The translations under genes were made by a program, and so were the position numbers. From Acidobacteriota bacterium (lineage in GTDB: Bacteria; Acidobacteriota; UBA890; WLXD01), in the NCBI GenBank assembly GCA_965205505.1, contig CBDBHB010000009.1:800001-864000 (forward strand): a DNA stretch of 64,000 bases, in the 5' to 3' direction. The notes beneath the pieces are model-generated. The model was not told the DNA's origin. It was given only the letters and a program-made list of their open reading frames with translations, and ran no database searches. This document shows, in pieces, positions 39,705 to 49,553 of this stretch. Positions within the stretch are counted from its first letter, which is position 1; each line of letters begins with the position of its first letter.

Positions 39705-40082
39705 CTACCAGAGTGTGGTGACGCGGTACTCGCCAAACTCCGCGTCGCCGGTGATGCAAACGAGCCCCTCGGTCTGCGACTGCGCGATCAGCATCCGATC
39801 GAACGGGTCGGGGTGATGCGGTGGCAGGTCGGCGGCGCGCTGCGCGTGTCGCGCTTCCATCGGCAGCTCCAGGAAGTCATTCTCGGCGATCTCCGCCTCC
39901 AGGTCGGCGTCGTCGACCCTGAGTCGTCCGAGTCGTCGTTTGATCGCCAGCTCCCAGATGGTGGCGGCGCTGACAAACACCACCGAGTGGGGCTCGGCGA
40001 TCGCTTGGCGTGCCGCGGGCGGCAGCGAGCGATGGTCCATCAACCACCACAGGTAGGCACGACTGTCGAGCAACAACCTCAA
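39705..40082 (-). CDS. vapC: PIN-domain toxin (VapC family)
   Basis: LLLDSRAYLWW, VSAATIWELAIK, HHPDPFDRMLIAQ. Confidence 0.88.
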   Translation of the reverse strand: MRLLLDSRAYLWWLMDHRSLPPAARQAIAEPHSVVFVSAATIWELAIKRRLGRLRVDDADLEAEIAENDFLELPMEARHAQRAADLPPHHPDPFDRMLIAQSQTEGLVCITGDAEFGEYRVTTLW

Positions 40083-40085
40083 GGA

Positions 40086-40316
40086 TCAATCCGCGCGAAA
40101 CGGTTTCTCGATGTCGTCCGGGAGCGGATCGTCGAAATCCAGCCCGATGTGAATCTTGTCCTGAAGCCGGCCCGGTCTACGTGGCGGCCCCCCGATCGGT
40201 ACGAGGCGGGCAATCGGCTCGCCGTTCTTTGCGATGATGATGTCCTCGCCCGCCACTACCCGTTCGAGAACACGCGAAAGGTGGGTCTTGGCCTCGTGAA
40301 TGTTGACGATCCGCAT
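40086..40316 (-). CDS. Phd/YefM-family antitoxin
   Basis: VNIHEAKTHLSRVLERVVAGEDIIIAKNGEPIARLVP...DFDDPLP. Confidence 0.9.
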   Translation of the reverse strand: MRIVNIHEAKTHLSRVLERVVAGEDIIIAKNGEPIARLVPIGGPPRRPGRLQDKIHIGLDFDDPLPDDIEKPFRAD

Positions 40317-40420
40317 CGCTGGTCTCCCGCGTCTGCGTCGCGTCGGGGGCGGGGTCCAACGCGTAGAGCCCGGGTCACCCTGGCTGCAGAGTGCCCCGGA
40401 CTCTCGAAAGGGGCATGAAT

Positions 40421-40465
40421 CGTTGGTTAGCTTAGCTAAGTCGACTTAGTCAATCAAGACCAACG
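40421..40465 (-). promoter_or_regulatory. Candidate sigma70 promoter with palindromic operator for the TA operon
   Basis: Minus strand TTGATT-N17-TAAGCT (40457-40429); overlapping perfect palindromes CTTAGCTAAG (40431-40440) and CTAAGTCGACTTAG (40436-40449). Confidence 0.6.
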
Positions 40466-40557
40466 CCCCGATTTGTCGAGGGGGGCCCCATTCCGTTCGC
40501 AGCGCATCGTCAGAACGTTCTAGGATCTGCGCTCGGAGCACCCGTAGAATCCGTCCC

Positions 40558-41406
40558 ATGGACGGATCGATGCCAGACACCAAGCTCGCGACCCAGCCGG
40601 TGGGACTCCCCGGCTGGGCGCGGCGTCTGAAGGACTCCCGTCAGCGGCGTCGGTCCGAGCGACGGGCGGCGCGCCGGTGGGAACGTTCTGGTTCCGAGCG
40701 TCAGATCTCGCCAGCCGCTGGTACGGAAGCTTCTAGCAGAGTTATTCAGCACCCTGCTAGCCTCTGGCGCGAGCTTCTGACCGAGGTGCCAGAGGACGTG
40801 CATGTTGCCGGCGTCGTTGCCCGCGGCCTGCTCGTCCTGTTGCTCGCCAAGACTACGTGGTGGATGATCGGCAACTTCGAGATGGCCGCCATCGGGGCCA
40901 TCAGTCCGAATGCAGATCCTCCGACGCTCGTTTTTCGAGTTCTGTCGGGCGCTAACCTGATCTTCCACGAGGCGGGTCACGCGCTGTTCAGCGCCTGCGG
41001 CCGTTTCCTGCAGGTGCTCGGTGGCTCGTTGATGGAGATCTCGTTGCCGTGGATATGCGGCATGGCGCTGCTGTTCTCGCGCCGCGACACCTTCGGGGCC
41101 GCGGTAACGGCTTGGTGGGGCGGCGAGGCGCTCGTCGGGTTGGGTCCCTATATCTACGACGCGAGCGAGCAAGTGCAGCCGTTGCTCGGTGGTGTCATCG
41201 GGCAGGATCGCCCCGGCTATCACGACTGGAACAACCTGCTGTCGTGGACCGGGTTGCTGCGCTATGACCATGCCATCGCCGGGCTGGCGACGACAATCGG
41301 CTACGGGGTCATGTTGCTGGGACTTGCCTGGAGCTGCTGGCTGCTGCAGCGGCAGTTTCTGGCCAGCCGGGTGCCGTCAGTGGACGGTCTTGGAGCTCTC
41401 GACTGA
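40558..41406 (+). CDS. Membrane protein with HExxH (M50-like metalloprotease motif); true start uncertain
   Basis: NLIFHEAGHALF, LGGSLME, YIYDA, HDWNNLL; several TM helices. The N-terminal third does not look like native coding sequence. Confidence 0.7.
   Translation: MDGSMPDTKLATQPVGLPGWARRLKDSRQRRRSERRAARRWERSGSERQISPAAGTEASSRVIQHPASLWRELLTEVPEDVHVAGVVARGLLVLLLAKTTWWMIGNFEMAAIGAISPNADPPTLVFRVLSGANLIFHEAGHALFSACGRFLQVLGGSLMEISLPWICGMALLFSRRDTFGAAVTAWWGGEALVGLGPYIYDASEQVQPLLGGVIGQDRPGYHDWNNLLSWTGLLRYDHAIAGLATTIGYGVMLLGLAWSCWLLQRQFLASRVPSVDGLGALD
40733..40760. repeat. 28-bp CTAG-bounded IS-end footprint
   Basis: CTAGCAGAGTTATTCAGCACCCTGCTAG. Confidence 0.7.
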
Positions 41407-41760
41407 CGCGCCGTTCAGGAAGATGCGGCGCACCCGCGAGGTCATCAGCTCGCCCTCGGGCAAGCGCAACACCAGCTTGAAGCCCGGCATCACGAAGGCG
41501 CGTCGTAGCGCCGTTCCGGTTCCCGACAGGGTCGTTCCGAGTAGCCGCGCGGCAACGTGCTCGTTGATGAAGTTGCCACTGCCGCTGGCCTCGACCTCGC
41601 CGAGTTCCGGATCTACGAACGCCAGCGTGTAAACGCTGTGCGCCGTCTGTACCACCAGCTCGTCACCGGCGCGCAGCACGCGCGTGTCGAGGCCGTCGCG
41701 GTCATCGACCACGTCGAGCCCGTGCTCGGTTCCGAGCGAAGTGTGGATGCCAGTGTCCAT
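41377..41760 (-). CDS. Hypothetical protein
   Basis: Protein-like beta-rich ORF (LVVQTAHSVY...ARLLGTTL...LMTSRVRRI) with GC3-biased codons. Confidence 0.6.
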   Translation of the reverse strand: MDTGIHTSLGTEHGLDVVDDRDGLDTRVLRAGDELVVQTAHSVYTLAFVDPELGEVEASGSGNFINEHVAARLLGTTLSGTGTALRRAFVMPGFKLVLRLPEGELMTSRVRRIFLNGASVESSKTVH

Positions 41761-41866
41761 AAGCCCCAGCTTAACCCGTGGCGCCGGTCCAGTGCTAAAG
41801 TCGGCCCTCACCGCCCCCGTGTTGTGAGACGGTCAGCCGCCGTATTCTGAACCGAACGGGCTGAAG

Positions 41867-43105
41867 ATGAAACACCTTACCGTGGTCGTCCTCGTGCTAG
41901 CCGCCGTCGGTAGCGGCGCTCCGATGGCGCGCGCCGACACGTTGATCGGTGGACAAACGGCCGGCGGCGCACATTACCTAATCACCGTTCCGGACAACTG
42001 GAACGGCAAGCTGGTGATCTGGAATCACGCCTTCACCTTGGAAGCGCCAGCGGCGTTCCCAGATCTCGGGCCGCTGGTCCAGGTACAGACCGGGCAGGGA
42101 TACGCGATCGCCGCCTCGAGCTACCGGTTGACCGGCTGGGCGGTATTCAAGACCGTGAAGGATCTGCGGGCCATGGTCGATGTGTTCCGCGCCAACTTCG
42201 GCGAGCCTAGCGAGATCATCGTCTACGGTGCCTCCCTCGGTGGCGTCGTCACCGCGCAGGCGATCGAGAAGGGGATCGGCGGCAACGTCGTGGCGGCCGG
42301 AATCTTGTGCGGGGCCGTCGCCGGTAGCCGTAATTGGGACGGTGCGCTCGACCTCCGACTCCTGTACGACAACATCTGCGGGGGCGTCGATGGTGCCGCG
42401 ATTCCCGGCGGTGCCGAGGGTCTCCCGAGCGTCACTACGCTGACGGAGATGGATGTCGAGGACCGACTCAACGCCTGTACTGGGCTGGACAAGAAGCCTT
42501 CGAAGCGCACCGCTGCCCAGAAGGCACGGCTGCGGGCGCTCCTCGACGCTGCTCAGTTGCCCACGGAGTTTATTTGGATCGGCCTGCGGTTATCGACCTT
42601 CGGGCTGGCCGATCTGACCCACGACCGCCAGAAAATGAAGGGCAAGGTGGGAGTCGGCAACGCCGCTGTGGACTACGACGACGCCGCCATCAACGCCTCG
42701 ATCGAGCGCGTCGACCCCAAGGGCGGCGCCGTACGCCGGCTCGCCAGGAACTACACCCCGACAGGTCGCGTCGACGATACCAAAGTCCTGGTGCTGCACA
42801 CTGACCTCGACGGCCAGGTAATCGTCGAGAATGCCGGTGAGTACGCCAAGGTCGTGCCCGCTGCGAGCCTGACCACACTGATCGTCGTCGAGGAGGAGCC
42901 CAGCCACTGTGGCTTCACGGCGGCCGAGGGTCTCGCATCGTGGGAGGCGCTACGCAACTGGGTGGATCTGGGAATCAAGCCGACCCCGACATCGGTGCAG
43001 TCGGAGTGCGAGGTGATCGTTAGCCTCGGTCTCGCCGAAGGTCCGTGTCGGATCGATCCAGACTTCGTGATCCCCGACATGGACGGGCGCATCCGGCCGC
43101 GTTGA
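41867..43105 (+). CDS. Secreted alpha/beta hydrolase
   Basis: Signal peptide, VPDNWNGKLVIWNH, YGASLGG nucleophile elbow, SHCGF. Confidence 0.8.
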   Translation: MKHLTVVVLVLAAVGSGAPMARADTLIGGQTAGGAHYLITVPDNWNGKLVIWNHAFTLEAPAAFPDLGPLVQVQTGQGYAIAASSYRLTGWAVFKTVKDLRAMVDVFRANFGEPSEIIVYGASLGGVVTAQAIEKGIGGNVVAAGILCGAVAGSRNWDGALDLRLLYDNICGGVDGAAIPGGAEGLPSVTTLTEMDVEDRLNACTGLDKKPSKRTAAQKARLRALLDAAQLPTEFIWIGLRLSTFGLADLTHDRQKMKGKVGVGNAAVDYDDAAINASIERVDPKGGAVRRLARNYTPTGRVDDTKVLVLHTDLDGQVIVENAGEYAKVVPAASLTTLIVVEEEPSHCGFTAAEGLASWEALRNWVDLGIKPTPTSVQSECEVIVSLGLAEGPCRIDPDFVIPDMDGRIRPR

Positions 43106-43186
43106 GCTTTCGAACCGGCGGGTCGGGCGCGGCACGGTCGGCTGATCCCGGAACGGCTGATCGGAGCGCGGCTGTCAGCCCGTCAC

Positions 43187-43481
43187 TCAGCGTGGTGGCG
43201 CTAGGCGACGCAGCTCCTCGAAGCAGTTCACCACCACCTGCGCCAGCTCGACGTTGGGGGCATCCTCGGCGTCGCTGTCGGGAAACATCAGGAAGCGGCC
43301 GTCGGCGGTGACGTCGTAGTCGGTAAAGCCGCCGCCCGAGAGCGCCAACGCCGCCGGCAAGCAACTTGATGGCCACCTCGCGCTTGAGCGTCTCGTCGAG
43401 GGCGCGGAACACCTGTCCCATGCCGCCCTCGCCGAGCTTGGCGATGATGCGGTAGTGGTTCAGCTTGGAATCGATCCGCAT
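43187..43481 (-). pseudogene. Ser/Thr kinase-beta-propeller gene collapsed to its two ends
   Basis: HYRIIAKLGEGGMGQVFRALDETLKREVAIKL joined, with frame changes, to DYDVTADGRFLM and VVVNCFEELRRLAP. Confidence 0.82.
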
Positions 43482-43535
43482 GTGACCTTGTAGGCTCGCG
43501 CCGCGTAAGTTCCGTTCGTGTGCGCTGGCTGCATG

Positions 43536-45752
43536 CTACTCGCTGAAGATTCTGCCGAACAGCGCCCGCACCGGCTCGTGCCGCTTCACCACGATCACCG
43601 AGCACTTCGACCGGCGTGCCACCTCTTCGGGCATCGTCCCGAACAGTACCCTGGTGGTGAAGCTCTGGTGGGTCGCGCCCACGAAGATGGCGCCGTAGTT
43701 GGTGGACTCCGCGATAATCGCTCGGCTGGGCGAGCGGTGTCGAAGCACCTTGGTAGTCACTTCCTGCCCCTGATCCAGTCGCGCCTTGGCGTCCTCGAGG
43801 CGGGCGGTCTCTTGCTCCACGCGCGCCTCGGACTCGTCCGGAGACACCACCGCGCAGAGCGTCATCGAGGCGCCCTTAGAAGACGCGACCAACGCTGCGT
43901 AGTCCTCGGCGCGGGTCGCATGAATGCCGCCGTCGGTGGCCACCAGGATGGCCTCCTTCGGTCGCCGATCGGGTCCCAAGCGCACCATAATGATGTCGGT
44001 GGTGGCATGGTTGACGACATGATCTGTTATCTCGCCGAGGATGCGGCGTGCGGTCGACGTGCGGCCCTTCCAGCCGAGCACGATGAGCTTGGCGTTGCCC
44101 TGGTGCGCCGCCTCGAGGATTGCTCGTCCGGCATTGCGGCCGACCCTGACCTGCGAGCTCACCGGGATATCGAACGCCAGCGCCCGCTTGCGGCTAGCAG
44201 CCAGGATCTTCTCCTCGTGCTGCACGTACGCCTCGGCCAGGCGGGGTTGTAGCTGGTCGGGCACCAGCACCACTCGTAGTAGTACGATCTCGCCTTGTCG
44301 CGGTGCGGCAATCGCTCCGGCAAGGTCCACTAGGGCGTTCGCGGTGCCAGGGTTGGCGATTGGAACCAGCACCCGGAATGCCGACTCTTCCGGAGCCGAC
44401 CGTTCTGCGAGCAAGCGCGACGGCGTTTCCTCCGGGGCCTCGGTGACGAACTCGGTGCCCTTCCAAATCAGGAACCCGACGATTCCCGCCAACAGGGCCG
44501 CCCCGGCGAGCGCCACCGGGACGATGTGCCCCTGCAGCGGAATCTGCACCAGCAGATAGATGTTGGCGGCGATCCCGAGTGCTGGCAGCAGTGGCACGAG
44601 CGGAACCCGAAAAGGGCGCTCCAGGTCGGGGAACTGGCGTCGGTGGCGGATCAGCGCCACGTTGACCAGGGTGAGCGCGATCAACAGCACACAGTCGGCG
44701 AAATGCGCCAGGCTCTCGAGCGGCAGCGCCAACGCGAAGCCACCGATCGCCGCCCCCACCAGCACCAGGGCCACAATCGGCGTGCCGGTGCGGGCGTTGA
44801 TTGAGCCGATGCGGTGCGGCAGGTGGCGGCGGCGGCTCATTGACATGGCCACCCGGGAGCCGGCAATGATCGACGCGTTGGAGGCGGAGATCATCGAAAA
44901 AAGTGCGCCGAGTACGATCACCATGCCGCCTACCGGACCGAGAAACGCGCGTGCCGCGACGCCCATGGCCGATTCCGTGTACTCGGTCAGGTTCGCGGTC
45001 ACGATGACCAGGACTACGGCCGAGTACAGCACCGTGACGAAGATCATCGAGATGAAGATCGCGCGCGGCACGGTCTTGGTCGGATTGCGAACTTCGCCGG
45101 CTGATGCCGCAATGGCCGAGAAGCCGAAGAACGTGATGAACACCAGCGCGGCGGTGCTGGTGATCGCTCCCGGGTCGGTGCTGAACCGATCGCCGATCGT
45201 CTGCGTTTCGATCTGTGGCAGGCCTCCGGAGACGAACCACAGCAGCAGGATGATCTTGGCGGCGGTCACCACCACCTGGAACGTACCGCTCTCCTTGGTG
45301 CCCTTCAGGTTCAGCAACGTGAGGGCGGCGAGGAAGATCAGCCCGGCGAGCCTTTCGTAGGGCAGGTGCCAGATGAACTCGTTGAAATAGGTCGACAGGC
45401 TGGCGATGTAGAAGCCGCACGATGAGGTGTAACCGAGCAGCAGGCACCAGCCGACGAAATATGCTGTCGGCGGCGAGAACGTCTTGCGAGCGTAGAGGTA
45501 GCCTTCGCCCGACTGCGGGTAGATGGAGGCCAACTCGCAGTAGCTCAGCGCCGTCAGGCTGGCCACCAGGGCGGCCAGCAGAAACGACGCTATGGCGGCA
45601 GATCCGACGTAGCTGATCGCCAGGCCGGAGAGCGTGAAGATGCCCGCCGCGATCATCGTACCGGTGCCGATCGCCAGCGCGCTGATCAGCCCTAGATCGC
45701 GGCTCAGCTCGGCGTGAACTTGCCCATCGAGATGCGTGTCAGCTTCATCCAC
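43536..45752 (-). CDS. APC amino-acid permease fused to two universal stress protein domains
   Basis: LSRDLGL, GTMIAAGIF, FFGF..IA..AGEVRNP, RPFRVP; then VLVPIANP, ILGEITDHV, LFGTMPEEVA. Confidence 0.9.
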   Translation of the reverse strand: MDEADTHLDGQVHAELSRDLGLISALAIGTGTMIAAGIFTLSGLAISYVGSAAIASFLLAALVASLTALSYCELASIYPQSGEGYLYARKTFSPPTAYFVGWCLLLGYTSSCGFYIASLSTYFNEFIWHLPYERLAGLIFLAALTLLNLKGTKESGTFQVVVTAAKIILLLWFVSGGLPQIETQTIGDRFSTDPGAITSTAALVFITFFGFSAIAASAGEVRNPTKTVPRAIFISMIFVTVLYSAVVLVIVTANLTEYTESAMGVAARAFLGPVGGMVIVLGALFSMISASNASIIAGSRVAMSMSRRRHLPHRIGSINARTGTPIVALVLVGAAIGGFALALPLESLAHFADCVLLIALTLVNVALIRHRRQFPDLERPFRVPLVPLLPALGIAANIYLLVQIPLQGHIVPVALAGAALLAGIVGFLIWKGTEFVTEAPEETPSRLLAERSAPEESAFRVLVPIANPGTANALVDLAGAIAAPRQGEIVLLRVVLVPDQLQPRLAEAYVQHEEKILAASRKRALAFDIPVSSQVRVGRNAGRAILEAAHQGNAKLIVLGWKGRTSTARRILGEITDHVVNHATTDIIMVRLGPDRRPKEAILVATDGGIHATRAEDYAALVASSKGASMTLCAVVSPDESEARVEQETARLEDAKARLDQGQEVTTKVLRHRSPSRAIIAESTNYGAIFVGATHQSFTTRVLFGTMPEEVARRSKCSVIVVKRHEPVRALFGRIFSE

Positions 45753-45784
45753 GGCGGCAAATCCTACAACTTCAGGGTATGAGG

Positions 45785-45797
45785 CACGGCCTGCTAG
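45785..45797 (+). repeat. Family A short end
   Basis: CACGGCCTGCTAG; its CTAG supplies the mscS stop. The same 13-mer occurs at 1636-1648. Confidence 0.6.
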
Positions 45798-46873
45798 CTC
45801 GCGTCCGCGCTCGCTTCGACCGGCTGCGTGTAGATCGTCTGCGTGGGGAAGGCAAACTCGAGGCCTTCAGCGTTGAACCGCTCCAGGATGGCGAGGTTCA
45901 TCCGGGTCTGTGTCTCCGTCACATCGGCGCCGGCAAGGATGTAGTACTGAAACAGGATGTTCATGGCGAAGTCGCCGAAGGCGTTGAATGCGATCACTGG
46001 CTCACGGGCTTGCAGATCGGCGTTCTCGGCGGCGATCTCGCGCAGGATATCCATGGCGCGCTGCATCGCTTCCGGCCTGGTGTCGTAGGTGAGGCCGAGG
46101 TCGAGCTTGACGCGGCGCGACGGCTCTCGGCTGACGTTCTCCACTGGCGAGTTGGCGATCGTGGAGTTGGGGATCGTTACCTCGCGGCCGGCGAACGTCT
46201 GGATGCGCGTGCTGCGTAACCCGATCTCACGCACCGTGCCTTCGAAGCCACCCGCCTTGATCCAGTCGTTTGTACCGAAGGGCCGGTCGGTGAAGATCGT
46301 GAAGCCGCCGAAGACGTTCTTGACCGTGTCCTGCGCTGCCATCGCCAGCGCGAGGCCGCCGATGCCGAGGCCAGCGATCAACGCCGCCACGTCGTAGCCG
46401 GCGTTGTTGAGCGCCACGATGATGCCCAGCGACCAGATAATTGCTCTGCCGCCTTTGCGCACGATCGGCAGGAGCTGATCGTCGAGGTCGCTGTCGGTAT
46501 CCTGCACCAGAGGTTCGAGTGCCATGCGGATGAGGGTGTCGTAGATCCTCGCCGCCATCGCTGCGACCGACAGCATCATGACGATCTGGACGATGTTCCA
46601 CGCGGGCCCGAGCATGGCCTCGGGCAGCGTCAGGGTGCGGATTGCCACCCAGAGCCCCACGGCGGTTATCAGCACGACGACAGGCTTGTCGAGGATGTCG
46701 ACGAGCGCGTCGTCGAGCTCGGTGGCCGTGCGACGCGTTAGTCGCCGGACAACGTTGCCGAAGATCCAGTACACGACCTTGCCCACGACAAACGTCCCCA
46801 CCATGATGGTAAGCGCCATCGTCCACTGGTTGACGGTGTTGCCGTAGTAGGTCTGCGAGAGGAGGTCCTGCAT
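45794..46873 (-). CDS. mscS: Small-conductance mechanosensitive channel
   Basis: LIAGLGIGGLALAMAAQDTVKN, DRPF, GTVREIGLRSTRI, IPNS, GLEFAFPTQT. Confidence 0.92.
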   Translation of the reverse strand: MQDLLSQTYYGNTVNQWTMALTIMVGTFVVGKVVYWIFGNVVRRLTRRTATELDDALVDILDKPVVVLITAVGLWVAIRTLTLPEAMLGPAWNIVQIVMMLSVAAMAARIYDTLIRMALEPLVQDTDSDLDDQLLPIVRKGGRAIIWSLGIIVALNNAGYDVAALIAGLGIGGLALAMAAQDTVKNVFGGFTIFTDRPFGTNDWIKAGGFEGTVREIGLRSTRIQTFAGREVTIPNSTIANSPVENVSREPSRRVKLDLGLTYDTRPEAMQRAMDILREIAAENADLQAREPVIAFNAFGDFAMNILFQYYILAGADVTETQTRMNLAILERFNAEGLEFAFPTQTIYTQPVEASADAS

Positions 46874-46995
46874 GGCTGTGCTCCGGGGGTCAGGCGCGGA
46901 TACGGCGGCGAGCCCACGCCGAGTTGTTCAAAGTGGTTTCAGCGCGACTCTAACCCGGAGCCTGCGGGGTCGTTGGTGTCTCGGCCGATGCGCTT

Positions 46996-47592
46996 TCAGG
47001 AAAGCGGACGGAGGAGGAACTGCTCCATGACGAAGCTCTCCAGCGGCGTGCCGGAAGGAGCGTAGCGCGCCACGTTTCGGAACTTCGGCCGGCCACCGCG
47101 CAACACTTGCGCTAACCAGCTGGGGCGTATTGCGGCGCGGTGTACCAGGTCGCCCGCCACATCCGCGTCCTTGGTGGCGTAGAGCTGGAACCAGGCCCGC
47201 GGGCCTGGCAGCTCGCCGATCTCTTCCATCTCCACAGTCGAAAGTGTGCTCAGGCAATACGGAATGCCGGCCCGCGCCGCTGCCGCCGCCAGAATCAGCT
47301 CGGCGCCGGGCCACATGAGCCCGCTGAGCCCGACCGGCGCGATACGGAATGGCAGCTCGTAGCGCTGTCCGAACAACTCCGTAGACAGCTCCAACGAGGT
47401 CACGTCGACCATGAACCGCGGTGTCAAGGTCACGGCGTCCAAGCGAGCGCGGTTGCGCGCGAGACACACCTCGCGCCCGGTGGCCCCCTGTAAGTAATCG
47501 AACGCGAAGCGCGGAATTCGCCGTTCGGCCGTGCGCGCCAGGTCCTCGATCGAGGGGTGACGCCGCATCAGGGGGCTGGGCGAGTAGTCCAT
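46996..47592 (-). pseudogene. FMN-dependent alpha-hydroxy-acid oxidase (LldD-like), internally deleted and truncated
   Basis: FAFDYLQG, IAPVG, WFQLY are present; the TVD motif and the C-terminal SNHGGRQ half are absent. Confidence 0.82.
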
Positions 47593-47602
47593 CAGGCCAC
47601 CG

Positions 47603-48871
47603 CTACTCACCCCGCTTGACGACCGTACCGGCGAGCATGACGAACGAGACGTGTTCCGTCGCGCGAATGTCCTCCAGGGGGTTCCCCGGTACCGCGATCA
47701 GGTCGGCCAGTCGCCCGACTTGGATTGCACCGCGGTCGCTCACCCCGAGCACCGCGGCTGCTTCGATGGTGGCCGACTGTAACGCTGCCATCGGCTCCAT
47801 GCCACGCTCCACCAACACCGCGAACTCGCCGGCGTTGTCGCCGTGCGGGTATACGCCAGCATCGGTTCCGAAGCCGATCTTCACTCCGGCGGCGATCGCC
47901 TGGGCGAGGCTCTCGCGTGCCAGCGGCAAGATGCGCTCGGCCTTGGAGCGCAGCAGTGGTGGCAACGCGTCTAGATCGATGGCATCGATGAGGTAGGTGG
48001 TCGGTACGAGGTACGTACCCCGCGCCTTCATCAGCTCGATGGTCTCCGTATCGAGGATCGAGCCGTGCTCGATCGACGCCACGCCGGCCTGCACTGCGGC
48101 GCGGATTCCCTCGGTGCCGTGGGCGTGAGCTGCCACCTTGATATCGTGCCGCGCCGCCTCCTGCACCATCGCCTGCAGCTCTGCCAGGCTGTACTGCTGC
48201 GCGCCGACCGATTCCTCGAACGACAGTACGCCGGCGGTGGCGCACGTCTTGATGACCTTGGCGCCATGCTTGATCTGGTAGCGGACCGCCTTGACGACCT
48301 CGTCGGGACCATCGGCGATACCGTCCTTCCATGTGGTCTCGAGCACTCCCGGGGCGAAGCCGGTGACGTCGCAATGCCCGCCGGTGATGCCGATGGGATT
48401 ACGCGACGGAAACACGTGCGGTCCCGTCACCATGCCGGTCTCGACGGCGCGGGCGAGCGCCACGGTCACTTCGCCGCCGAAGTCGCGCACGGTGGTGAAG
48501 CCGGCGAGAACCGTCTTGCGTGCATTGGACGTGGCGCGGAAGGCCGCATCGACATCGGTTTCTCTTACCGCACGATTGAACGAGTCCGCGTCGATGTCGC
48601 CGCCTAGATGGGTGTGTAAGTCGATGAAGCCTGGCAGGAGCGTGACATCGCCGAGATCGATCACCTGCGCATCGGGAGGCAGCTGGCCGACCGCACTGAT
48701 GCGGCCGTTGACGATGGCGACAATGCCCGGTTCCACCATGCGTCCCTGTACGACGTCGAGCATGCGGGCGGCGCGCAGCACGACGGTTGTGTTGTCCTGT
48801 GCCAGGCCGACGCTGGGATGGACCAGCAGCGGCAATGTGATCAGCAGTACGAGGCGGCTCAAGAAACGCAT
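47603..48871 (-). CDS. Secreted amidohydrolase (Xaa-Pro dipeptidase-like)
   Basis: LPGFIDLHTH, AGFTTVRD, VAAHAHG, SIEHG, FGTDAG. Confidence 0.9.
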   Translation of the reverse strand: MRFLSRLVLLITLPLLVHPSVGLAQDNTTVVLRAARMLDVVQGRMVEPGIVAIVNGRISAVGQLPPDAQVIDLGDVTLLPGFIDLHTHLGGDIDADSFNRAVRETDVDAAFRATSNARKTVLAGFTTVRDFGGEVTVALARAVETGMVTGPHVFPSRNPIGITGGHCDVTGFAPGVLETTWKDGIADGPDEVVKAVRYQIKHGAKVIKTCATAGVLSFEESVGAQQYSLAELQAMVQEAARHDIKVAAHAHGTEGIRAAVQAGVASIEHGSILDTETIELMKARGTYLVPTTYLIDAIDLDALPPLLRSKAERILPLARESLAQAIAAGVKIGFGTDAGVYPHGDNAGEFAVLVERGMEPMAALQSATIEAAAVLGVSDRGAIQVGRLADLIAVPGNPLEDIRATEHVSFVMLAGTVVKRGE

Positions 48872-49045
48872 CAGATCTCCTAGGAGACGGCAGGGCATGG
48901 ATGTTTGACCCGGAAGCATACTCCCGTGCGACGCGGTCGAGGCTCCCTGCGGTGTTGCCATGGCCCGAGGCCTCAGACTACCGTTGGCTCCGCCTTCGCC
49001 AGGCGCTCTGTCCTCCACCCCGCGGAACGAAACTCGGTAGGAACG

Positions 49046-49543
49046 ATGATGAAACGACTCCGTATGTCCGGTCTGTGCTCAATCCTGGCGGGCATCGCGG
49101 TCATCCTTCCCGCCAGCGCCCAGGAAGCGCTCGATGACCACGCCCGGGTGCAGGCGATCGCCGAGGCCGCGCTCGAGGCAATCAGCAACGAGGACATGAT
49201 CGCCTTCACGGATCTCATGGTCGACGACGCGATCACGGTCAGCATCGCCGAGCGCGACGGCGAGGTTCGCTACTCGGTGCGGAGCCGGGCCGAGTCGCGG
49301 GCCAGGAACCCGCAGGCCGACATTCTCGAGCGCGGCTTCGACCCGGAAATCTCGATCTCGGGGCCCGTCGCCATGGTCTGGCTGCCCTATGACCTGTACG
49401 TCGACGGGGAGTGGTCCCATTGCGGTGTGGACACGTTTACCCTCGTACATACCGAGGCCGGCTGGCGCATCGCTTCGATGGCTTGGAGCGTCGAACAACC
49501 ACCGGCCTGCCAGCCGCATCCGGACGGCCCACCCGGAAACTAG
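49046..49543 (+). CDS. Secreted NTF2-like protein
   Basis: Signal peptide; AMVWLPYD..VDGEWSHCGVDTFTL...GWRI. Confidence 0.78.
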   Translation: MMKRLRMSGLCSILAGIAVILPASAQEALDDHARVQAIAEAALEAISNEDMIAFTDLMVDDAITVSIAERDGEVRYSVRSRAESRARNPQADILERGFDPEISISGPVAMVWLPYDLYVDGEWSHCGVDTFTLVHTEAGWRIASMAWSVEQPPACQPHPDGPPGN

Positions 49544-49553
49544 GAGGGAGCGC

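Noticed and set aside
33492-40316. Helicase-nuclease pair plus TA module as a novel defence system
   Set aside because: Order, size and motifs fit housekeeping AddBA; the TA module is convergent and separately promoted.
48930-49010. Possible further degenerate copies of the structured core (also 7188-7230 and 46950-46970)
   Set aside because: Only short partial matches; the stems are not convincingly reconstructable by eye.
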